Shown: positions 19,293-30,266, counted from the stretch's first letter. The stretch: 64,000 nucleotides of DNA from Promethearchaeota archaeon (GCA_048937405.1 JBHLNF010000007.1:1-64000), one strand, 5' to 3'. Made by a program: numbers and translations. Notes: a model not told the origin generated them from the sequence alone.

Positions 19293-20177
19293 ATGGCTCT
19301 ACAAAAAGTAACTATAAGAGATATTTTAGAAAAGAAGAAAAAAGGAAAAAAAATAGTAACAATTACCTCGTATGACTATAGTTTTGCAAAAATTGTCGAT
19401 CAGTCTGATATTGATCTAATTCTTGTTGGAGACTCACTTTCAATGGTAATGCTTGGATATCAGAATACTCTATCAGTAACTATGGATGAAATGATTCATC
19501 ATACCAAAGCTGTAAGCCGAGGAGTATCAAATGCATTAATTGTTGGAGATATGCCTTTTCTATCATATAAAATTAGTCAAAAAAAGGCAGTCAAAAACGC
19601 TGGACGTTTTATTCAAGAAGGTGGTGCCGAAGCAGTAAAAGTCGAAGGAGGAACAGAAATATGTCCTACTATTAAAGCAATGATCAATGCAGATATCCAA
19701 GTTATGGGCCATATAGGTCTTACTCCCCAAGCAATTTATAAGTTCGGTGGTTTTTTAGTTCAAGGTAAAACCACAGAAGCAGCAAAGAGATTGATAATTG
19801 ACGCAAAAAATTTAGAACAATCTGGAGTTTTCTCAATTGTTTTAGAAAGTATTCCTTGGCAAATAGCAAAAATAATTACTAGTGCCTTGGATATCCCAAC
19901 TATAGGTATTGGGGCTGGAGAATATTGTGATGGGCAAATATTAGTTATTCATGACATGTTAGGTATTTTTACAGATTTCAAACCTAAATTTCTTAAATAT
20001 TTTGGAAATATTGGTGAATCCATTCGAGATGCTTTGAATAATTATAAAAATGAAGTTATAAAAGGGATATACCCAGATCGAGAACATTCATACGAAATAC
20101 CTCAAGAAGAAGTAGATAAAATCAACAAATGGGTTGAAAATGTTGATTTAAGTGAAGAAGCGCGAAGATTAATTTAG
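19293..20177 (+). CDS. panB: 3-methyl-2-oxobutanoate hydroxymethyltransferase
   Basis: [39 protein letters not shown]. Confidence 0.97.
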   Translation: MALQKVTIRDILEKKKKGKKIVTITSYDYSFAKIVDQSDIDLILVGDSLSMVMLGYQNTLSVTMDEMIHHTKAVSRGVSNALIVGDMPFLSYKISQKKAVKNAGRFIQEGGAEAVKVEGGTEICPTIKAMINADIQVMGHIGLTPQAIYKFGGFLVQGKTTEAAKRLIIDAKNLEQSGVFSIVLESIPWQIAKIITSALDIPTIGIGAGEYCDGQILVIHDMLGIFTDFKPKFLKYFGNIGESIRDALNNYKNEVIKGIYPDREHSYEIPQEEVDKINKWVENVDLSEEARRLI

Positions 20178-20370
20178 ATTTTATATTTCTTTTCAAAATT
20201 CTAAAATATAAAGTATGATCCTATCTTATATATTATTAGTATAATAACAGAATTTCACTATTATAAATAAAATTATAAATTTGTAATTATAGTTATATAA
20301 TATAAGAGCTACAACATTTTAGAAAATTACTCGATATATTAATATTTGAAACTTAAAGTGGGAACGTGTA

Positions 20371-22053
20371 ATGGCCGAAGAATATGATTACCTCTTTAAA
20401 TCGATTGTCGTTGGAGATGGCGGTGTTGGTAAAACTGCTCTAACTCTTAGATTTTCTAAGGGTTTTTTTACAGAAGATTACAAAATGACTATTGGTGTAG
20501 ATTTTCATGTAAAAACCATCAATATTGATGCTCTTGAAGGTCCCATTAGGGCAAAGCTTCAGATATGGGATACAGGGGGACAAGAACGCTTTAGCTCGAT
20601 TAGACCAATGTATTATAGAGGATCTTTAGGTGCTCTATTAATCTTTGATCTTACAAATGCTAGTAGTTTTGACCATCTACCTCAATGGATCGAAGAAGTA
20701 AGAGCAAATATAAAAACTGAAATTCCTTTATTACTAGTTGGAAATAAAAGTGATTTAGTTGATCAAAGAACTATTTCTTTAGAAGAAATAAATAGTTTTA
20801 CCAGGAGTTTTAATTTGTATTATATGGAAACTTCAGCAAAAACAGGTGAAGGAGTTGGAGATTGTTTTTATATTCTTGCATGTTTAATGATTGGCTCAGG
20901 AGTACCAGATCAACTAATTTCTAGAGGAATTGTATTTAGTCCAGGTCAAATTCCAACTACGGCTATTGGGGCACATCCAACAACTGAAGAGAAAATAAAA
21001 ACTGAATTTGATTATGCAGCCCCTCCTGTTCCAGAACCAAGTTCTACCCCTATTTATAAACCAACCCATGCAATCGAACCAGAACCTCAATTCGAATTTG
21101 AAGCACCTCCTGTTCCAGAACCTGTTAATATAAAACAAGAATCTAATACGATATATGAACCAGAGTTTGAACCAGAAATTCCTTTACCTGAATCTCAAAT
21201 TGAAGAATCAGAAAAACGACCTACTCAATTTGATTTTAAAACACCAGAAGAGATCTTATCACAAGAAGAGCCAGATCAACAACAATTTACACCGTCTCAA
21301 GCTAGATCTTTTACTGGTGGAGAAGAAACTTATAAACCGAAAGTAGTACCTTTTACACAAAATATTCCAGTACCTGCACCTCCTCCAGAACAATTTCAAT
21401 CTTTTCAAGAAGTATCTTCAACTCAAAATCCTCCTCCAAATTTCGCTTCAAGTTTAACACCAACAAGAGATTCTACTCCTAAATCAGATTCTCTAATGGA
21501 TTATTTACCTGAACCAATTTATTCTAAAAAAGATAAAAAAAAACTTGAAAAACAGAAAAAGAAAGAAGAAAAAGAGAAAAAACTCCAGGAAGAAAAAGAA
21601 AGACAAGAGAAACTTTTAGAAGAAATGAAACATGTGAAGAAGGAAAAAAAGGAAAAACCTAAAAAAGAAAAGAAAGAAAAGGTTGAATCAAAACTGACTA
21701 AAGCCCCAGTTTCACCCCAATTACTTCCAGAAGAAGATACCACAAGCGCTCCTTCTCTATTTCAAACATTATCTCAAAAAACAGATAGTACAGAAAAAAC
21801 ACTAGTTGAAAGTTTTATACCATTTAGAGCTCAAAAAGAATCCCAATCTCAAGAAACAAGTAAGTTAAGAATAATACCTAATGTATCAGATTTAGAAACT
21901 AAACAAAATATACCTTCTTTTGAACAAAAAACAGCACCAGTTCAACCTCCAGGTCCTAAATCATCTGAAAAAGAAATGATTATTTGTAAGCAGTGTGGAG
22001 CAGCTTTATCCTCAGATTATGCATTTTGCAACAAATGCGGATCTAAATTATAA
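20371..22053 (+). CDS. Rab-like GTPase with long Pro/Glu-rich tail, Lys/Glu coiled segment and C-terminal zinc ribbon
   Basis: GDGGVGKT, TIGVDF, WDTGGQERF, GNKSD, ETSAK; ends CKQCG..FCNKCGSKL. Confidence 0.93.
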   Translation: MAEEYDYLFKSIVVGDGGVGKTALTLRFSKGFFTEDYKMTIGVDFHVKTINIDALEGPIRAKLQIWDTGGQERFSSIRPMYYRGSLGALLIFDLTNASSFDHLPQWIEEVRANIKTEIPLLLVGNKSDLVDQRTISLEEINSFTRSFNLYYMETSAKTGEGVGDCFYILACLMIGSGVPDQLISRGIVFSPGQIPTTAIGAHPTTEEKIKTEFDYAAPPVPEPSSTPIYKPTHAIEPEPQFEFEAPPVPEPVNIKQESNTIYEPEFEPEIPLPESQIEESEKRPTQFDFKTPEEILSQEEPDQQQFTPSQARSFTGGEETYKPKVVPFTQNIPVPAPPPEQFQSFQEVSSTQNPPPNFASSLTPTRDSTPKSDSLMDYLPEPIYSKKDKKKLEKQKKKEEKEKKLQEEKERQEKLLEEMKHVKKEKKEKPKKEKKEKVESKLTKAPVSPQLLPEEDTTSAPSLFQTLSQKTDSTEKTLVESFIPFRAQKESQSQETSKLRIIPNVSDLETKQNIPSFEQKTAPVQPPGPKSSEKEMIICKQCGAALSSDYAFCNKCGSKL

Positions 22054-22122
22054 CCACAATTCTAAAATTGAATTATTTTCAAATATAACTATCCTGTTTT
22101 AAAACTAATTATATATGCAGGA

Positions 22123-22896
22123 TTAGAGTGACTTTCCACAAATCGGGCAAATACTCCATAACTTTTTAATTTTAGAATTGCAATGAGTACATAACTTTAA
22201 TTCGGGATCGATTTGTGTTTGTGGTTTACCAAAAATAGTAGATTCATCTACTTTATAGTCGGTGGAATTTGCCTCTTTTAGAATTTTTGTTTCTTCAAAA
22301 GGAATTAGAGTAGATTGTTTAACCATCTCTCGAGTGACGAAACCTTTTTGTTTTGGAACTTCAATAGAAGGTTTTTGATATTTTTGGGGTTTAATAGATG
22401 ATTCTTTTATATGATTAGTTAAATCCTTAGATCCTTGTTTGTTTGCCTCCTTTTCGGATTCTCCAATTGGAACGCCAACCTTATAAAAAAAATAATTGTC
22501 TTCATTGTTTTCTATAACTTTCTCTCCATCTTCTAAATAAACTTCAATATAATAGATAATGACTGAACCTACTGGCACTTCGGCTATTTCAGCAATATAA
22601 TAGTCCATTTGGACTTCCATTTCCATTTGATACCATGACTTCCCTTCATTAGCACTGAAAATTAGATTTACAAAAGAAATTGACTTATTAAAATCCTCTT
22701 CAGTGATTTTTACAACAATTTTAATAGTCTTTTTATGGGCCTCTTTCCCTTCAGATATTACTTCACTATCATCCCATGCAGTTCCACATTTTGGGCAATT
22801 GGTAAACCAATTGGGGTACTCAAAACTACACTTGGAACAATTTTTTGTAAAATACCTTGTAGTTTTAATTCCAAATGTTTTTTTTTCCTTGCCCAT
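22123..22896 (-). CDS. Zinc ribbon - Ig-like domain - zinc ribbon protein
   Basis: CSKC..CPKC at N-terminus; beta-rich middle domain; CTHC..CPIC at C-terminus. Confidence 0.8.
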   Translation of the reverse strand: MGKEKKTFGIKTTRYFTKNCSKCSFEYPNWFTNCPKCGTAWDDSEVISEGKEAHKKTIKIVVKITEEDFNKSISFVNLIFSANEGKSWYQMEMEVQMDYYIAEIAEVPVGSVIIYYIEVYLEDGEKVIENNEDNYFFYKVGVPIGESEKEANKQGSKDLTNHIKESSIKPQKYQKPSIEVPKQKGFVTREMVKQSTLIPFEETKILKEANSTDYKVDESTIFGKPQTQIDPELKLCTHCNSKIKKLWSICPICGKSL

Positions 22897-23185
22897 AATA
22901 TTAATTCCAAGTTTTTTATATTAAACTCCAGAAAAAATTCACTAATATTTAATAAATAATTAGTCTTAAATATATTTTTTTTCTCAAGTAAATTATTAAA
23001 AATGATAAGCCAAATTTTAAATCTACCTAAATTCAGATTGTTAAAGAAGATTTTGAAGCATTTTAATATACATCTGAAAAACCAAAGCTTAATAAGTCAA
23101 AAAGATGCAAATTATTTCAAAAAATTATTCAAAATTGAAAAACTCAATAATTACATTAGAATCATATAAGATTAGTGAATATCTT

Positions 23186-24364
23186 TTATGAAAGTTTTAA
23201 TTTTACAGCAATTTTTTTTAAATCTTCAATAAAGGATTTTAAATGAATTCTTTGAATATGAGGCATTATAACAATCCTAATTAAATTGAAATCATCAAAT
23301 TTTCCTAACATATAATTTCGCTTTCTTAATTCTTCATCAATTTTACATATACTCTCTCCACTTTCAGTCGTTATTCCAACTACATTCATGGTTGGATTAG
23401 TCGCGAGTTTTATTCCTTTTATTTCATTGATATGCTCTGCTAAATATATAGTATTATCCATACATTTCTTCACAATCTTTATAAAACCATTGATTCCTAA
23501 ATATTTCATAATCGCCCAAAATGCTATTACTGTTCCTCCAGGTCTAGTTCCCACTATATGAAAATGTTTAAAATTGCCTCCTGCTAGATACGGTATTTCA
23601 AATCCAGTTTTCTGTAAAATTGAAGAATCTCTTATAAAGAAACCCCCTGAGGGAATAATACCTAAGCCCATTTTATGAGGATCTGCAGTTATGGAATCAA
23701 CTGTCTTAACATAAAAATCCCAATTAGGGATTGTATAGTTTAACTTTTTCAAAAAAGGTAATACGAAACCTCCGAATGCTGCATCAACATGAAAAAAAAT
23801 ATCATTTTCCTCCGTAAGTTTCCCAATTTCTTCGATTGGATCAATTAATCCTAAAGAAGTTGTTCCTGCAACTCCTACCACACCACAAGTATTATTATTT
23901 AGAAGGGATTCAAAATGAGCTAAATCTAACTCAAAATTATCATTCAAATTTGCTTTTCTAAGTTTAATACCCAATAAATCAGCAGCTTTATCAAAGGAAA
24001 TATGAGCCGAGCACGGTACCACAACTTCTGGATTAGCGATGTCTTTTTTTAATACTTTGGCAATTCTCATGGCTATTAGGTTTGCTTCCGAACCTCCAGT
24101 AGTAAAAGATCCTATTATGTTCTTTCCACTAAATAACTCTCCAATTTCAGAAACTAATTCTTCTTCTAATGCTGTTGTTCCTAGAAACAGCCCCGGATCT
24201 CCAAGATTTTTTGATATGTATTTCGTATAAACCTCAACGCCAAAATCTAGAGGTTCAGTACACATAGATCCTAAGATTGAACCGGAGTTGTAGGAAAAAT
24301 CCCTCTCCAATTTCCTTTCTAATATCTTGAGTATTTCTTGTTTTTCTAATCCTTCTTTTAGCAT
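23186..24364 (-). CDS. mfnA: PLP-dependent tyrosine/aspartate decarboxylase
   Basis: LGSMCT.P, NLGDPGLF, GGSEAN, HVDAAFGG, DPHKMG. Confidence 0.93.
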   Translation of the reverse strand: MLKEGLEKQEILKILERKLERDFSYNSGSILGSMCTEPLDFGVEVYTKYISKNLGDPGLFLGTTALEEELVSEIGELFSGKNIIGSFTTGGSEANLIAMRIAKVLKKDIANPEVVVPCSAHISFDKAADLLGIKLRKANLNDNFELDLAHFESLLNNNTCGVVGVAGTTSLGLIDPIEEIGKLTEENDIFFHVDAAFGGFVLPFLKKLNYTIPNWDFYVKTVDSITADPHKMGLGIIPSGGFFIRDSSILQKTGFEIPYLAGGNFKHFHIVGTRPGGTVIAFWAIMKYLGINGFIKIVKKCMDNTIYLAEHINEIKGIKLATNPTMNVVGITTESGESICKIDEELRKRNYMLGKFDDFNLIRIVIMPHIQRIHLKSFIEDLKKIAVKLKLS

Positions 24365-24491
24365 CCTGATCTATAGAAAATTTAAATTTATATTTATTAT
24401 ATGTCCTAAAATCTTTTTAACCATTAAAATCTTTTAAAACAAACTCAAAATCCTAATATCATAATTGTGTTTACCATTTAAATAATTTGAA

Positions 24492-24809
24492 CTAAAGAAA
24501 CCGATTTGAATCTCTTTCAGAATATTTGGTAATTGTATCTTTTAATTCTTTTGTTAAATCAATTTTGTAATAATTTGCTATACAAACAAGAGCATAAAGA
24601 ATATCGGCTAATTCCTCACCAACCTTACTTTCTTTACCATTTCCTTTTTTTGGTTTATAACCTTCGAGATGATTAATCTCTTTAGCTAATTCTCCAACCT
24701 CTTCAATAACAGCAGACAACATTGCCAATGGAGACCAATATCCACCATGACTATTGATCCAATCGTGTATTATATGCTGCATATCTTGAAGAGAACTCTT
24801 CTCAGACAT
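24492..24809 (-). CDS. MazG-like nucleotide pyrophosphohydrolase (YpjD type)
   Basis: EEVGELAKEIN, EELAD, KY..RD..R. Confidence 0.9.
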   Translation of the reverse strand: MSEKSSLQDMQHIIHDWINSHGGYWSPLAMLSAVIEEVGELAKEINHLEGYKPKKGNGKESKVGEELADILYALVCIANYYKIDLTKELKDTITKYSERDSNRFL

Positions 24810-25082
24810 ATGTATGTTATTTTTTAATGATTTAAAAAATTATTAATCTGAATATTATTAGCCTGTTGTCCTTTTAATTTTGAAAAATGAAATCGTATAG
24901 TATTCTAAAAAAAATACAGAGTGATTTCTTAATTTCAAAAATAAATTCTCAAAATAGATTATTTATTTTAAAACAAGAAAAAAAGTGGTACGGTTTAAAT
25001 AAATTAAGTTTCAATTATGGTTAATTAATTTTTTTATAAAAAAAAGTATAACAAATAACGAATTTTTGAGTGTGAATAAGTA

Positions 25083-25520
25083 TTGGTTAATTTTAAAGAA
25101 GACACTTGGTTTTATGCTTTAATAGCTGCAATTATAGCACTGATTTCATTATTAACCCCATGGGGTTCTATAGATGTATTAGGTACTGATGTCTATAGTT
25201 GGCTTGGTGGAACAGTTTCATATTGGGGTAATCCTGCCGATGCATGGGATGGTAATGGTTTAGGTCTTTGGACTCTTGGAGTTACAATGATGAGTATAGG
25301 AATACTTCTTGTTATTAGTATTAATGCCATGAGAGGAGGAGGGTTAAAACTCGATTGGCTAATATACGCAGTAACAGGTATTTTAATGCTTATATTAACT
25401 ATTTTAACTTTAACTTTTGAAGGTACCGAAGGTGCTGTTATTGGATTCGCACCCATCGGTCTTATAATCGCGAGTATATTTGCAATTAGTGCATTTGCAG
25501 TTGATAAATTTGTTAAATAA
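25083..25520 (+). CDS. Four-TM membrane protein
   Basis: Four hydrophobic helices, PW after TM1. Confidence 0.75.
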   Translation: MVNFKEDTWFYALIAAIIALISLLTPWGSIDVLGTDVYSWLGGTVSYWGNPADAWDGNGLGLWTLGVTMMSIGILLVISINAMRGGGLKLDWLIYAVTGILMLILTILTLTFEGTEGAVIGFAPIGLIIASIFAISAFAVDKFVK

Positions 25521-25625
25521 AGTAAAATCTTAATTTTTTTTTCTTTTATTTTTTCAGTAGTATAGGATAAAAATAATTGTAATCTCTTATTTCTCAAAAG
25601 AGAAATTGAATTAAGTCTTCTTTTC

Positions 25626-26009
25626 TTAAATTGTTTTCATAAATTTGGCCGGATCTGTTGCATACAGAATAGCACGTTCCACACCTTTTTTACGCCACTC
25701 ATGAACCTTTAGATAGTCAGGGTTATTAATCATTTTGAGGAAAGCTTTGCGTGATGGATACCTGATGAGCATTATAAGATCCCAATCTTCTGATCCGGTG
25801 AGTAATTCTTTTGGAATGCCGAAATAATCAACTGACGCACCGATACTCTTGCCAAAGGGTGATGACTCCTTTAGGTAACGAAAATAATCCTCCCGACCAC
25901 CTTCTTTTTTAAACTTCAGCAAGTTAAGCATAACAAAGGGTTTCTGATTAGTATTTTTTGTAAATTCTTGAAGTTGCTCCTGATTTATATCTGTAGGTAA
26001 TTCAGACAT
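25626..26009 (-). CDS. DUF1330 family protein
   Basis: PFVMLNLLKFK, WD...IRYPSRKAF..M. Confidence 0.85.
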   Translation of the reverse strand: MSELPTDINQEQLQEFTKNTNQKPFVMLNLLKFKKEGGREDYFRYLKESSPFGKSIGASVDYFGIPKELLTGSEDWDLIMLIRYPSRKAFLKMINNPDYLKVHEWRKKGVERAILYATDPAKFMKTI

Positions 26010-26153
26010 TTTTTATCATTTTTAATGTATTAATATTATCACAATTGTTTGAAATATTACGTGGAAATATAAAAGATTTTTGACTTTCAATTTTACATTT
26101 AATAGTTAATTGTTGAATTTTTCTCATATTCAAATAGAAACCAGTTGAATTCA

Positions 26154-26182
26154 TATTTTACCAAAATAATTTTGGTAAAATA
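26154..26182. repeat. Perfect 14-bp inverted repeat with 1-nt spacer
   Basis: TATTTTACCAAAAT-A-ATTTTGGTAAAATA. Confidence 0.85.
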
Positions 26183-26317
26183 ATACACTACAATCCCGAT
26201 ATTTAAACAATTAACTCTTAAAGAATGGAAAAAAAATTTTTTATTAAATAATCGTCACACTTTTAATTTATAGAATCTTTTGTAAGTTCAATGAAATTCT
26301 AAGAAATCGTAGTTCAA

Positions 26318-26890
26318 ATGAAAATTGCTATTGATGTAGTTGGCGTTTTACTTGATAATATGGTTACTTTTTTAAAAATTTATAATGATATGTTCAAAAC
26401 GGAATACGATAAAAAAGATTTTAGTCATTGGGAATTTTTTAAAGAATTAAATTTGACTACAGAGGAATTTTTAAAGCTTTTTTATAAAACATTTGAATAT
26501 CCTGAGGAGATTCCTTTTATAGATGATGAAGCTCCTAAGTATATGAGAAGATTAAATCAAATGCATGATTTGTATATTCTATCAGCCTTAGATTCAAATT
26601 ATAAAAATTCTTTGAAAAATCAGTTAGAGTTTAACAACATAAAACAAAATATTCATTATAAGGAGATGCTTATAGTTCCGGAAACGCCTTATGATTTAAA
26701 ATTAAAAAGTGAATTTGATATATATATTGATGATAATCCTAATTTAGTAGAACCCATAAAGAATCTTAAGAGTAGATATTTATTGTTATTTAATCAACCT
26801 GGGAATCAAAATTCGATATGTGAACAAAATGTGATTAGAGTTAATAATTGGAAGGAAATTTATGAGATTATTCAAAATATCATTAATTAA
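26318..26890 (+). CDS. 5'(3')-deoxyribonucleotidase-like HAD protein
   Basis: IAIDVVGVL (DxD variant), YIDDNP, RVNNWKEI. Confidence 0.85.
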   Translation: MKIAIDVVGVLLDNMVTFLKIYNDMFKTEYDKKDFSHWEFFKELNLTTEEFLKLFYKTFEYPEEIPFIDDEAPKYMRRLNQMHDLYILSALDSNYKNSLKNQLEFNNIKQNIHYKEMLIVPETPYDLKLKSEFDIYIDDNPNLVEPIKNLKSRYLLLFNQPGNQNSICEQNVIRVNNWKEIYEIIQNIIN

Positions 26891-27121
26891 TTTCTAACTT
26901 TTCTAAGATGATGAAACCTTATTATACTTAATTATTCTCTAATTCTTAATCTTTTAATAGTCAAAAAAAATCTTTTTCATTATTCTTGAGAAAATTTTTC
27001 AGTTAGGATGGAAAACAATATACTTTTTTTCAAGAAATTAGAAATATAGACACTCCCCCGATCTTAAATATTTTTCTCATATTAAGAAATATTAAATTTA
27101 TATCAAAAAATTTCTCACATA

Positions 27122-27706
27122 ATGATAACTTCAGTAAATTTGTTTGGAAAATTTGATTTAGAATTATCAAAATATGATATAGTCATTTTTGATATTGATG
27201 GTGTCGTTAATAAAACGCTTCCATGGAAACTAGAAAAAAAATTAACAAGTAATGAATGGAAATTACTCAAAACTCATACTGATTGTACTGATGTATTTAA
27301 AAAAACGATAAAAAAAATAAAACAAATTAAAATTCCTTTTATATTCATAACAGGTAGGAGACCTGAAGATAAATTAATTACTGAGGAAATGTTTCAACGT
27401 GCTGGATTAAAATTTATAAAAAATACAAAAAAAAAAAAAATGATTTATTATTATCGTGATAAGTGGGAACTTGAAGAATATATTAATTTTAAAAAAGAAG
27501 CTATTAAAAATTTTATTCAATTTTATAAATGCGTTGTATATTTTGAAGACTCTGAAGAAGTAGTAAAACATCTCAAAAATATAATAAATCCCTCAAAATT
27601 TAAGGTATTTCACTATCATGCAGGTTATATGGATAATTCAGATATATTTCCTCAGTTAAGAAAAAAAATTTCTCTATTGATGGAAAATGTAAATATTCAA
27701 AATTAG
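27122..27706 (+). CDS. HAD-superfamily phosphatase
   Basis: FDIDGV, ITGR, conserved K, FEDS. Confidence 0.8.
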   Translation: MITSVNLFGKFDLELSKYDIVIFDIDGVVNKTLPWKLEKKLTSNEWKLLKTHTDCTDVFKKTIKKIKQIKIPFIFITGRRPEDKLITEEMFQRAGLKFIKNTKKKKMIYYYRDKWELEEYINFKKEAIKNFIQFYKCVVYFEDSEEVVKHLKNIINPSKFKVFHYHAGYMDNSDIFPQLRKKISLLMENVNIQN

Positions 27707-27707
27707 A

Positions 27708-29840
27708 TTATTTTAAATTATATTTCTTTCTATCTTCCCATTCTGCTCGCTTTCCTTGATTATATCTATTAACCTCACTGTAATAACCTGTAACTCTTGA
27801 GTAAACCTTAACATCGCTTGATTGACATTGAGGGCATGTCCATTGTCCGCCACGACTCATCTTGCGACATGATGTACAGTAAGTGAAATCTGTTGTATAG
27901 GCAAAATATGCTGTATTTGTATTAAGACATATATTTTTTGTAAGCTCCCATAGACCATTGATATCCGGTTTTTGTTCTCCAAGCCAAATGTGGGTAATGA
28001 CTCCTCCATTTACAATAGGATGAAAATCCCCTTGTTTAGTAATTCGCTCCGATAAAGGAATATTCGCATCATAGCGAATATGATCTGAATTTGTATAATA
28101 AGCAGATTTACCAGATGACTGGACTATAGCTTTTTTAGGGAAATGTTTAAGATCTAGCCGTGCCAATCTGCCTGAGGTTGATTCACTGGGCTGTTCCCAT
28201 AGGGAGTAATACTTTTTATCCCTTTCTGTCATAGTATTGCACTTAGCGACCATATAGTTTAATATTTTTTTGCCTAAATTAAAGGCTGTATCATTTTCAT
28301 GCAGCTCAAAACCAGTTAAACTTTTCACAGCTTCATTTAATCCCGTAAATCCTACCGATAAGTTTTGGTCATTTAAATTAAAAATAGCTTTGCCATTTAT
28401 TTTACCGCTGCATAGAGGCAAATGTCCCGTCCTTAATCTTTTTTCCATTAAATTCCATTTTTTATGTAAAATTCTTGCTGAAAGCTCAATTTTTTCATCC
28501 AATATTTTAAAATAATCATCCTCGTTTTTAGACATATAAGCATAACGAGGAAGGTTTAAACTAACACTTTGTAGTGAACCAATCGTTACATAGTTTTCCC
28601 AAACATTAGCATTTTTTCTTTTTTCAGGATCAAGAATACATTGTTCAATAATTTGATTACCACTTAAAAATTTCCTGCAACATTGACTATGAATTTCATC
28701 TGGCATCCAGTCTGGACACATATTAAGGAAGTAAGGAGTTCCCATTGTTGCTACTTCTTCCATTAATTTTAAATATGAAGGTTCAAATTCTTTTAACCAT
28801 TCTTTTTTAACTTTAATCTCATGTTTTGGAAAAGCAAATAGCTTTCCATTATGATCTCCTTGAATATATACTTCTGTTAAAGCATCGAAGAGTTTAAGAC
28901 ACTCTTCTTTATAATCTCCATAATTTCCAATTAATTTGCCATGTGGACCAACAGCAGGAATATTTAATAACCCATCAGGAATAGTAGGGGTACAAGAAAT
29001 TGAAGTAAATGGTACTTGACCCCCTCTTGCAGCAAAAATTTGATTAGTCTCAAAAATTAAACATTGCATTGATTGTTCAATTTCTCTATCAGAAATACCT
29101 CTAGCATACGGAGCCAAAAATGTAGTTATATAATCATATCCTTGTCCTCCACTAAACTCACCCTGAATAATCCCTAACCATTTAGCAAGATGAGTAACTG
29201 CTACACGTAAACTACCAGCAGGTCCCGATTTACTACAATGAGCCCAACTCTCAACTGGGGGTAATCCGTGTTCAAGAACCATGCGTGGATCCCATTCTTG
29301 GCAGAAAGGACGAAGATCGAAATAACGAAGCATATGAATATGTATATCACCAAATAAGTGAGCATGAGCTTCCTCAGAATCTAATATTCTTAGAAGAGCA
29401 TATTCATCAGAAATTCTATTTGCCGCCCAATGATGAATACTTTCAGGATTCATATCTTGGTTTGCATTTTCATCTACTCCATATTCTAAAATTGCCTCAT
29501 AATCCATTAAAGGCATTCCAATCCTAGTATATAATTTACGTTCTTCTTCAAAATGTTGTTCAGATAAGATTGAGCACACAATCTCTCTTATATGAGGACC
29601 TGATAAAAATCGAATTCCAGAAGAGATAATTCTTCTCACAACTAATTCGGTAATCTTATCAGCTATGTTTTGATCTAATCCTGTTTCATTTACTAAGCTT
29701 TGTTCAATTTTAGTAAGATCAAAAGGGACTACATCACCTTCTGTTCTAAATACTTCTGGTAATAATTTAGTTAAATATTTGCGATTTATATCTTCTGCTT
29801 TATTTTCTTTTTTTGGTTGAGAATCTGATACCAATACCAA
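27708..29840 (-). CDS. nrdD: Anaerobic (class III) ribonucleotide reductase with ATP cone
   Basis: ATP cone, SGGQG, YYTNS, C-terminal CxxC..CPxC and glycyl loop YSRVTGYY. Confidence 0.95.
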   Translation of the reverse strand: MVLVSDSQPKKENKAEDINRKYLTKLLPEVFRTEGDVVPFDLTKIEQSLVNETGLDQNIADKITELVVRRIISSGIRFLSGPHIREIVCSILSEQHFEEERKLYTRIGMPLMDYEAILEYGVDENANQDMNPESIHHWAANRISDEYALLRILDSEEAHAHLFGDIHIHMLRYFDLRPFCQEWDPRMVLEHGLPPVESWAHCSKSGPAGSLRVAVTHLAKWLGIIQGEFSGGQGYDYITTFLAPYARGISDREIEQSMQCLIFETNQIFAARGGQVPFTSISCTPTIPDGLLNIPAVGPHGKLIGNYGDYKEECLKLFDALTEVYIQGDHNGKLFAFPKHEIKVKKEWLKEFEPSYLKLMEEVATMGTPYFLNMCPDWMPDEIHSQCCRKFLSGNQIIEQCILDPEKRKNANVWENYVTIGSLQSVSLNLPRYAYMSKNEDDYFKILDEKIELSARILHKKWNLMEKRLRTGHLPLCSGKINGKAIFNLNDQNLSVGFTGLNEAVKSLTGFELHENDTAFNLGKKILNYMVAKCNTMTERDKKYYSLWEQPSESTSGRLARLDLKHFPKKAIVQSSGKSAYYTNSDHIRYDANIPLSERITKQGDFHPIVNGGVITHIWLGEQKPDINGLWELTKNICLNTNTAYFAYTTDFTYCTSCRKMSRGGQWTCPQCQSSDVKVYSRVTGYYSEVNRYNQGKRAEWEDRKKYNLK

Positions 29841-30266
29841 ACTAATAAAACCCCTTTATTATTATTTAATTATTTAATCCTAAAAAAGTGAAATAACATA
29901 ACAGTTCCGATTATAAAATTTTGTCGGAAATATGAATCGACTTCAGAGATTTATTAATCATTTATTAACGTAAATATTTTACCTCTTTTAATATAAAAAT
30001 TTATTTGTTTTTCCAATTTAAAGTTATTTTATTAACACTTTATTTGCGATTTTAAAACTTGCCTAGAAAAATAACGATTGAATACTTAATCTTTTGGAGA
30101 CTTTTCAATTTCTAATTTATTTATTCTTTCATTGCAAACTATACGTAATTATGTCGAAACTTTTCTCACTTTAACTTAGGTTTTACTAATAAAAATTTTA
30201 TAAGAAATAAAACCAAGTATATTTAAATAAAAAATTGGAATTAAACAATTAAAGTGAACTTCAGAT

